The notes beneath the pieces were generated by a model. That model saw nothing but the letters and a program-made list of their open reading frames with translations, made no database searches and had not been told where the DNA came from. This document shows, piece after piece, positions 27,977 to 34,797 of a stretch of DNA of 34,797 nucleotides. Origin of the DNA: an uncultured Acidobacteriaceae bacterium. Its GTDB lineage: Bacteria > Acidobacteriota > Terriglobia > Terriglobales > Acidobacteriaceae. The position numbers and the translations under genes are program-made. Each line of letters starts with the position of its first letter. Within the stretch, counting starts at the first letter, position 1. The stretch spans positions 1 through 34,797 of the forward strand of contig CAXTRM010000007.1 in the NCBI GenBank assembly GCA_964246625.1, given 5' to 3'.

Positions 27977-29004
27977 GCGACCTGTCCCGGCGTGTGGGCG
28001 ACTCGCTGCACTCCATCGTGCCGACCGTGGAGAACTACTCCATCGACTAGAGCTTTCTAAATCTGGGCGAGTTCAACGGCAGGGAAGTGGAAGCGCTCGC
28101 GCGTGAGCTGCGGGCGCGAGTGAAGCAGTGGGTGGGCATCCCACCTGTGTTGGAATTGCACCGAAGAAGACGCTAGCAAAGGTGGCCAACTTCATCGCTA
28201 AGACACGGCCGCAGTACGTGGGCGTTTGTGACTTGCGTCCGTAATCCGTTCGCCGGGAGCTGCTGCCCACGGTGCCGGTGGAAGAGGTCTGGGGCATCGG
28301 TGGAGCCTCGGCCGCCAAGCTCGCGAAGCTTGGAATCTAGACAGCCGCAGACCTGGCCGCGCTCGAACCGGACGACGCTCGGGCACTGATGACGGTGACA
28401 GTCGGCCGCACCGTCTACGAGCTGCGGGGCGTATCTTGCATACCCTTGGAACTGGTGGAACCGACGCGGAAGGGAATTGCGGTCACCCGGAGCTTTGGAA
28501 ACCCGGTCACAACCTGGCTGGAGATGCGCGAAGCGCTGGCCAGCTACGCCATCTGCGCGGCGGAGAAGATGCGCCGGTACAAGGTGGCAGCCGACAACCT
28601 GTTCGTCTTCATGCACACCAACACTTTCAACAACGATCCGTTCTACTCGAACGGTACCTCGGCCCAGTTCCCAGCCTCACGAACGACACTGGGAAGTGGT
28701 CGCGCTCGCGGTACGCCTGGGCGAGCGTCTCTTCCGCGACGGATTCCGCTACGCACAGTGCGGCGTGATGATTACGGAGCTGCTGCCCGAAACGGTCCCG
28801 CAGCCGGCGTTGTGGAGCGAGCTGGACCACGAACGAAGACAGCGTGTCTGGAAGACGGTAGACCGGCTCAACGCCATGCTGGGGCGGGGAACCGTCCGCA
28901 TCCTGAGCACCGGGCCGAAGGACGCGGCTTGGAAACTCCGGGCAGAGTACCGGTCACCGCGGTGGACTACGCGGTGGGATGAATTGCTGGAGGTAAGCGC
29001 TTGA
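27977..29004 (+). pseudogene. umuC: Y-family DNA polymerase V catalytic subunit, 5'-truncated with stops and frameshifts
   Basis: DLSRRV...YSID*SFL (catalytic Glu codon is TAG, 28048), GIAPKKTLAKVAN, VEEVWGIG, ELRG, TRSFG, and C-terminal WKLRAEYRSPRWTTRWDEL (DUF4113). Confidence 0.9.
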
Positions 29005-29044
29005 TACTAACGAACACTTCGGCGATGAGCTTCGCAGCTCTACG

Positions 29045-29815
29045 TCAAAGACGAATAATTTCTAAGAGCCGCTGCCGACCGGCTTTACTTATGCTGATCC
29101 GTTTGCCATCCAACATCACTACCGTGCCTTCTTCTGGCCCTTCACGGTAGATTTCCTTCACGAAACGGAGATTGACGATCGCCGAGCGATGAATGCGGAT
29201 GAATGAGCCAGGATCAAGCTTCTCGCTCAACTGGCTTGTCGTCTCGCGAATCATGTAGGTTCGGCCTTTGGAGTGAAGGCTGCTGTAGTAGTCGGCTGAT
29301 TCGATCCACTCGATGGCCTCCGTTGCAAGCAACACGTCCTTCACGCCATCCCGTACAAGGATTCTCAAAATTGCCGGTTTCTGCCCATCGGCTTTCTGAA
29401 GGGTCTCTAACGCTTCCGTAAAGGTGGCCTTCGCGGAAAGCGCAGTTTGGGCTTCCATCCGCATCCGCGCACGTTTCAGCGCTAACCGGAGTCTGTCCTG
29501 TTTCACAGGCTTTGTCACATAATCCAACGCATGATGTTCAAAGGCATCTGCAGCATGCTCAGGGTAGGCGGTCACCAGGATCGTCGCAAAGGTCTGGTTT
29601 TCTCCAATCTGCTTGAGGACTTCGATTCCACTCAGCAGGGGCATCTCGATGTCGAGGAGGATTAGATCAATCGGCTCTCGTTTGAGGTAAGCAATCGCTT
29701 GTGCCCCGTTCGCACACTCTGCCACGATCTGAACGTCCTCCTCTTGGGAAAGGAGGAAGCGTAAATGCTCGATTGCCAGCGGCTCGTCGTCGACGATGAT
29801 GGTTCGCAAGCTCAA
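29045..29815 (-). CDS. LytTR family response regulator
   Basis: IVDDEPLA, LDIEMP, VTAY, DYVTKP; LytTR domain FIRIHRSAIVN. Confidence 0.95.
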   Translation of the reverse strand: MSLRTIIVDDEPLAIEHLRFLLSQEEDVQIVAECANGAQAIAYLKREPIDLILLDIEMPLLSGIEVLKQIGENQTFATILVTAYPEHAADAFEHHALDYVTKPVKQDRLRLALKRARMRMEAQTALSAKATFTEALETLQKADGQKPAILRILVRDGVKDVLLATEAIEWIESADYYSSLHSKGRTYMIRETTSQLSEKLDPGSFIRIHRSAIVNLRFVKEIYREGPEEGTVVMLDGKRISISKAGRQRLLEIIRL

Positions 29816-30936
29816 CAGCTCCTCCGCTCAAAGGGTATTTGAATGGTCACTTCAAAACCTCCATCCATGCGTGAGCCTGCGGTGAACACGTGGGCTTCCG
29901 GGTAGATACGGGCCAGGCGTTCACGTGTGTTGTGCAAACCGATCCCGTGACCTCGGGGCGAGGCTGCGTCGCCTGCTCCATCGTTCTGAACTTTGAAGAG
30001 AATCTGATCGCCGATCCGGCTGATAGAAGCCGCGATTCTTCCCCCATGCTCCAAGGGAGCAATGCCGTGGAGAACAGCATTCTCGATCAAAGGCTGAAGC
30101 AGGAACCGGGGAACCATGGCCTCCAGCGCTTCCGGGGTGCTCACGATTTCCGTTTGGAGGCGGTGCGCGAAGCGAAGTTTCTGTATCTCAAGGTAGCTCT
30201 CAACAAGATCCACCTCTTCCCGTAGGGCAACCTTGCTTGACGGTTCCGTCCGTAGCGTCGTGCGCAGAATGGTCTCCAAGTGCCCCAACGTGATGGAAGC
30301 CTCCCGGTTTCGCCCCAAGTCCACCAGCGAGGTAAGGACATTGAGGGTATTGAAAAGAAAGTGCGGCTCTAGCTGGGCCTGGAGCGCATGCAATTGTGCT
30401 TGGGCAAGCTGCGCCTGCAGCTCCACCCGATCCGCGTGGTCCCTCTGTCGCTGAGAAAGGAGGTGCACAAAGCTGGAGCTGATGTATACCAGCGCGTAGG
30501 CCATCCATTCGGCTCCGAAACGCGCGAGTGAGACGTAGTTCAGCGCAGAGTAGGCCTGTCTCCATGCAGGCCAATGGAACCCAGCCTCAAGCGTGGCCTG
30601 TAGCAGGGCGAGGTGTGCGAGACAAACGACACTCCCGGCCACCGCCTGAACAATCGCTGTTTTCTTGGAAAAGGTAAGTAGCGCTGGGAACCGCCTCGCG
30701 CACGCCCACATACCGGACGCGACCGCGGCCCACCACAACCACATCACCGCTCCGAAGGCGACGGAAGGCGTGAGGGGCATGCTGGTGTCGTGTGCCACAA
30801 GAAAGGTGTGGCAACCCATCGCCGTGGTGAGCGCGAGCAAGGAACTCAGAAGGGAGATCGCCAGCACCACTCGACCGTGTAAATCCCCGGAGAGGGTGCT
30901 GAGACGTTGGAACGTTTTCGAGAGAGGCCACTTCAT
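29812..30936 (-). CDS. LytS/YehU-type sensor histidine kinase
   Basis: N-terminal TMs, AQLEPHFLFNTLN, LQPLIENAVLHG, GIGLHNTRERL; overlaps the LytTR start by 4 nt. Confidence 0.93.
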   Translation of the reverse strand: MKWPLSKTFQRLSTLSGDLHGRVVLAISLLSSLLALTTAMGCHTFLVAHDTSMPLTPSVAFGAVMWLWWAAVASGMWACARRFPALLTFSKKTAIVQAVAGSVVCLAHLALLQATLEAGFHWPAWRQAYSALNYVSLARFGAEWMAYALVYISSSFVHLLSQRQRDHADRVELQAQLAQAQLHALQAQLEPHFLFNTLNVLTSLVDLGRNREASITLGHLETILRTTLRTEPSSKVALREEVDLVESYLEIQKLRFAHRLQTEIVSTPEALEAMVPRFLLQPLIENAVLHGIAPLEHGGRIAASISRIGDQILFKVQNDGAGDAASPRGHGIGLHNTRERLARIYPEAHVFTAGSRMDGGFEVTIQIPFERRSC

Positions 30937-30960
30937 CGTTCCTCCAGCAGAACCAGTAGC

Positions 30961-33720
30961 TCAGAAAGAAAAGCGGACGCCTAATTCTAGGCGACGTGCA
31001 GTTTCGGCCGTAACCGGCTGCGAGAAGTTGCTCGATGAGACGACCGTTCCAACAGCTAGGACGTTTGTGTGATTAAGCAGGTTTGTGCTCCTGGCAGTGA
31101 ACGTGGCTGTACGGAGGTGATCGACATTCTTTGGATTGAGGATGAAAGCTCGGCTGAGGCTCGTATCGAGGTGGACGCGCCCCGACATCGTCCCGGCGTT
31201 GCGAGGCACATTGCCGTTCACGGCATTTGTCGTGAGGAGGCCATCGCTTGTGGCATAGACTCCGCTTCCTGGTGCGGTGGCGTAGGAAGGACGGTCGTTG
31301 AAGTTTCCATCCCCGTTGCTGTCGGTGCCCGAGACGATGTTGAAGGCCTGGCCGCTAAGTGCGTCGAAGACGGAGGTACTGTCGATCTTGAAAGGGAGAT
31401 GGAGGGTGCCGTACGCGTACAGGCCATTGCGAGTATCACCGCTGATCCGGGCTGCTTCGCCGCGCTCGCTGTAGCTGGACTGAGGACTCGTCCTGCCGTT
31501 GCTGTCTGCGTCCGACATCAGGTTCTGATGGACGTAGGTGACAGAGAGGCCGAATCTTCTGCCGTCGTCTCGGCCCGCGCCAGCAACGAAGATGCTGCCT
31601 GTAAGGTGTCCCGAGTTCTGGAACTGATCAATGTTGAGGTTGGGCGTGGTCGGTCTCGGAGCTTGGAGAGCCGCCGTGGGGTTGGGTGGTGTGCCAAAGC
31701 TGGTGTCGATCAATGGGGCATTCAAATTTACTAGCCGGATGCTATTCCAGTTTTCTGCCCAGTAGTAGGTCGCACCGGCGTGCCATCCCCGTGTCAAGCT
31801 ATGTTCAAGGCTGATGTGGGTTTGCAGTGATGCGACTTGTCCCAAGGTATGCGGGAAGCTGTTCACGGCAGCGACTTGAATTGAACCGTGCACCGGCACT
31901 AGAGGCGTCTGGAAAATCGGAGAGTACACCGCAATCTGGCGCTGACGGACTCCGTCAAGCCGGTACACGTCGTTCGCGTAGCTTTGCGGGTTCGGATCAT
32001 GGAAGAGACCCGCTCGGATGTGGACGACCCAGGACGCCTTCTTGTCGAGGCTCCAGGAAGCTCCAATTCGTGGCGAGAGGCTTCCAACGCTGGTGGGCGC
32101 GGTTTGAGCCTGATAGCGCAATCCCGCGGTGAGAGAGAAACGGGGCGCCAACTTGATGCTGTCGTTCGCGTAGAAACTCAACCGCCACTGCGTGAACGGC
32201 ACAAGCGCATTTCCGGCCGTCAGTTGGTACGTCGTGGGTGCGCCTCCTGGCAGGTTGAGCAGTGCTCTGCGGTATTGCTCCAGCCCACTGATGGTGGCTG
32301 TCTGGCCTGTCGGAGCACCGTTTGCGTCGAGGGCTGGTGCATTGCCGCCCCCAAAGATGTACTGTCCATTGAAGGTGTTCGGGTCGTAGTCGTGCACGAA
32401 GATTCCCAAGGACTGTGCTCCGAAGGAAAACGTGTGCTTGCCCCGATTTAGTGTCCAGCTATCGTCGATCTCAAGGTCGCGTTCCCGGTCGTTGAGAGCC
32501 TGGGCGGCCGATCCGCCTCCTGTAAAGAATCCCGCAACCTGCAGGGCCGGTGATGTGGAGTTTGGCTGGTCCTGTGTCCTAATCCACGAATAGCCAACCC
32601 GAGTCTGATGAAGCAGGTTCGCTCCGAAGGTCTGCAGGTTCGAAAGCCTGAGGTCGTATTCGGCGAGCCGACTCGTGTACCCCGCCTCCGGCAAGACCAA
32701 ACCCCCTACTCCCTGATTCCCCAATGTGTTCACGTTCGCCGTGAACGAGAGGGTGGCCACGTCGTTCGGGCTTGCCTGCCAGTCGCCTCTTGCTGATGCG
32801 ATCCAGAGGCGCTGCGGAGCCGAAACCGCCTGTCGGATGTTGGTTTGCGCCTGTGTCGGGTCCAGGCTGATCGCGTTAACCACGTTGAACTCGTCGATGT
32901 CCCGCTTTTCGAGGGCAACGGCGTAGTCGGTCTTCTGCTTGCGGATGGGGCCGCTCAGTTCGAAGCCATAGCGCCTCTTCCCGGCTGGCGTGGCTGTAAG
33001 AGAGAACGGGTCCGTGGCATTGAAGCTGCTGTCACTGTCTGTGAAGAAGAGAGCGCCGTGGATGAGGTCGGCTCCGGGTTTCGTGAAGATCTCCACCCGT
33101 CCTCCCAGGTAAGGGGCCCGTTCGTATTCTGAAGAAAACATATCGGGGTTGATCCGGATGGAAGCAATGGAGGACTTGGGAGGCAAGGTGCTGGCGTTCT
33201 GGAATCCATCAACAGTGATGAGGGAAGACCCCGGCATGCTCCCGCCGGCTGCAGCGAGAGCCTGGAGCTGGCGGTTGAACTCGTCAGGATCGTCCGCAAG
33301 CTGCCGGACGGCGTCAGAGCTGAGCGTCCGCGTACCTGTTGTTCGGTCTGCCGTCTCACTCGGGTCGTCGCCGGAAACCTGGACCTCGCTCTGCACTGCT
33401 GCCACCGCCAACCTGATGTCAGCATGAACGCTTCGGGCGTCCCGGATCGTGACTGAAAGATGGCCTTCCGTGAAGCCGTCTGCCGTGAATTGAAGGGTAA
33501 ATGTGCCGCTTGGAGGGCAAGGGAGGGCATAGTGGCCGCTGTTGTCGCTTGTCGTCTGCCGACCGTCGGAAGTCTCGACGTGTGCTCCCGCAATCATCGC
33601 TCCAGTCGCGTCCGTGACCGTGCCTTCGAGCCTGATATTGGGTGAGCAGGGCTGCTGCGCAAGGGCTACCGCAGAAGCACAGACGAGGAACGTGGTACAA
33701 ACGGTGGTACTTTTCAGCAT
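30961..33720 (-). CDS. TonB-dependent receptor-like outer-membrane protein
   Basis: Signal peptide, GTVTDATGAMIAGA N-domain, SIRINPDMFSSEY, barrel, C-terminal ARRLELGVRFSF; AAGGAG SD. Confidence 0.92.
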   Translation of the reverse strand: MLKSTTVCTTFLVCASAVALAQQPCSPNIRLEGTVTDATGAMIAGAHVETSDGRQTTSDNSGHYALPCPPSGTFTLQFTADGFTEGHLSVTIRDARSVHADIRLAVAAVQSEVQVSGDDPSETADRTTGTRTLSSDAVRQLADDPDEFNRQLQALAAAGGSMPGSSLITVDGFQNASTLPPKSSIASIRINPDMFSSEYERAPYLGGRVEIFTKPGADLIHGALFFTDSDSSFNATDPFSLTATPAGKRRYGFELSGPIRKQKTDYAVALEKRDIDEFNVVNAISLDPTQAQTNIRQAVSAPQRLWIASARGDWQASPNDVATLSFTANVNTLGNQGVGGLVLPEAGYTSRLAEYDLRLSNLQTFGANLLHQTRVGYSWIRTQDQPNSTSPALQVAGFFTGGGSAAQALNDRERDLEIDDSWTLNRGKHTFSFGAQSLGIFVHDYDPNTFNGQYIFGGGNAPALDANGAPTGQTATISGLEQYRRALLNLPGGAPTTYQLTAGNALVPFTQWRLSFYANDSIKLAPRFSLTAGLRYQAQTAPTSVGSLSPRIGASWSLDKKASWVVHIRAGLFHDPNPQSYANDVYRLDGVRQRQIAVYSPIFQTPLVPVHGSIQVAAVNSFPHTLGQVASLQTHISLEHSLTRGWHAGATYYWAENWNSIRLVNLNAPLIDTSFGTPPNPTAALQAPRPTTPNLNIDQFQNSGHLTGSIFVAGAGRDDGRRFGLSVTYVHQNLMSDADSNGRTSPQSSYSERGEAARISGDTRNGLYAYGTLHLPFKIDSTSVFDALSGQAFNIVSGTDSNGDGNFNDRPSYATAPGSGVYATSDGLLTTNAVNGNVPRNAGTMSGRVHLDTSLSRAFILNPKNVDHLRTATFTARSTNLLNHTNVLAVGTVVSSSNFSQPVTAETARRLELGVRFSF

Positions 33721-33774
33721 GCTGAGCTCCTTCTCAGGAACGGTCGCAGGCCGAAGAGCTTCGAGGGAGGGCTT

Positions 33775-33804
33775 TGCAGGGAATGCTCGGAAAGCTGCAG
33801 CGAA
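33775..33804 (-). promoter_or_regulatory. putative LytTR binding site (9-bp direct repeat, 12-bp spacer)
   Basis: Minus strand TTCGCTGCA-N12-TTCCCTGCA, 55-84 nt upstream of the operon that encodes a LytTR regulator. Confidence 0.55.
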
Positions 33805-33841
33805 GCGACCTCGCCGAGGTTGAATCCGCCCGTTCCGGGGA

Positions 33842-33867
33842 ACGGATCAACACTACGGATCAACACT
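33842..33867. repeat. perfect tandem 13-mer ACGGATCAACACT x2
   Basis: Read directly from sequence. Confidence 0.85.
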
Positions 33868-33884
33868 GAAGTTGCAAAAGAAAG

Positions 33885-33914
33885 TTGCGCCTGGATTGCG
33901 CTTTTGTGTCTAAT
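33885..33914 (+). promoter_or_regulatory. putative sigma70 promoter
   Basis: TTGCGC-N18-TCTAAT with an A-rich upstream tract. Confidence 0.4.
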
Positions 33915-33919
33915 AGAGG

Positions 33920-34150
33920 AAAGCCGAGGCGGTGTCCACCCGCCCCGGTGTTGTGATCTACCGGTGGAGCAGATGGAGCACTAGGTGCACCACCTTGCCG
34001 CCCACCAGCACGAGCGTTCCAATGATGAGGGGAATATATCCCCTGGTACCTCAAAGGACGCACGGCCAAAGCGAACCCGTAAGGGTCGCATAGGCATTCA
34101 CCAGCCTTCCGACTAAGAAACGCCCCGGGGCTGCTACCCCGGGGCTTTCT
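33920..34150 (+). ncRNA. candidate structured small RNA (~230 nt)
   Basis: Lies between the putative promoter and a terminator; several hairpins; no credible ORF. Confidence 0.3.
34116..34150. terminator. rho-independent terminator, possibly bidirectional
   Basis: AGAAAC-GCCCCGGGG-CTGCTA-CCCCGGGGC-TTTCT. Confidence 0.75.
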
Positions 34151-34370
34151 GCCTGTCACGGCAGAAACTTGTCCCAAGGTGCGGTGCCGGTGACGTGGAC
34201 ATCGGCCAGGCCTGTACTGATTATAGAGAGCGCTGCCGGCGACTTGCAGTGCTACCGCCGATGCATCTAGGCCGTAGCAGAACGCTTTGAGCCACGACAA
34301 CCCTAGTTATCGGAGGTAAAGGCCCAAGACAATGCTGGCTGTGAGAGGTGATCTAGAACCTCCTAGAGGG

Positions 34371-34797
34371 TCAGCCCGGCCAAGTTGCGGGATTGTCCTC
34401 GTAATTCAAAATGGGCTCACCCTCGTTATGTACATAACTGCTGCAATAGCGATCTCCGGAAGTGGATTCGTAGAAGATGAGGATGTTCGGCGTGTCATCC
34501 TCTAGCTTGTCCGGCAGATTTGGGATCTTCGCAATCTGTCCGCTTGGAATGACAGTGCCAATCATCGGGAAGCTACTTATAACGTTTCGACCATGAAAGG
34601 AGCCCTCCTCGAAACGAGCAATGGTCAACCGGCAAGCGGTGCCTGAACCGACGTTATGCATTTGCATTCCTGGAAGATCAGAGTCAAAGGTAGCGTTTTC
34701 CCCAAACTCGGCTCTGCTGATGGCAAGAACAGGGCGAAGTGCCTCTTTGAGCTGTGCTGTAGCTAAAGCACTCTGTGCTCGGGCTGCGAGCGTCTGT
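34371..34797 (-). CDS. hypothetical protein, 3' part (5' end outside window)
   Basis: Frame open to the window edge: QTLAARAQSALATAQLKEALRPVLAISR...MHNVGSGTA...IFYESTSGDRYCS. Confidence 0.7.
   Translation of the reverse strand, partial: QTLAARAQSALATAQLKEALRPVLAISRAEFGENATFDSDLPGMQMHNVGSGTACRLTIARFEEGSFHGRNVISSFPMIGTVIPSGQIAKIPNLPDKLEDDTPNILIFYESTSGDRYCSSYVHNEGEPILNYEDNPATWPG

Noticed and set aside
27955-27985. dif-like XerD arm (reverse TTATGTGGAAT)
   Set aside because: No matching XerC arm at 6-bp spacing.
33860-34300. 146-aa minus-strand ORF
   Set aside because: It runs through a terminator and hairpins and has low-complexity composition.
34679-34706. Another match to the array motif (reverse TTTGGGGAAAACGCTACCTTTGAC)
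   Set aside because: It lies inside an apparently real CDS and is probably chance. It shows that single matches are weak evidence.
1-34797. CRISPR array, tRNA/rRNA, FNR boxes, and long antisense ORFs (e.g. 13203..13973, 31069..31734, 8594..9220)
   Set aside because: No regularly spaced identical repeats, RNA-gene signatures or TTGAT-N4-ATCAA noticed by eye. The antisense ORFs are shadows of well-supported genes.

Overview
Bacterial accessory region (roughly 57-60% GC by eye). Gene content suggests an Acidobacteriota (Terriglobales-like) plasmid or genomic island; this taxonomy is inference. Left part (1-6.4 kb): signalling/stress cluster with a partial DUF4136 gene, a stand-alone receiver, a cold-shock protein, three Crp/Fnr regulators and an EAL phosphodiesterase. 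Middle: broken AhpD-like gene, outer-membrane 'transporter', KimA/YdaO-like APC permease, MFS, a 64-aa IxxNQxx heptad-repeat protein, a TauE remnant, a B12 radical SAM, an AraC/SDR pair, and a probable operon of a secreted propeller+ricin protein, a Tat-exported glycosylasparaginase homologue lacking its catalytic residues, and a TonB receptor. 23.3-29 kb is a decayed mobile region: a multiply broken tyrosine recombinase is followed directly by small unrelated genes separated by related ~28-bp quasi-palindromic sites (candidate non-integron cassette array, the top finding), then a nested-hairpin element and a truncated umuC. Right end: TonB receptor-LytS-LytTR operon with a LytTR-type direct repeat, a candidate ~230-nt orphan sRNA, and a partial CDS. 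No rRNA, tRNA or CRISPR array seen.
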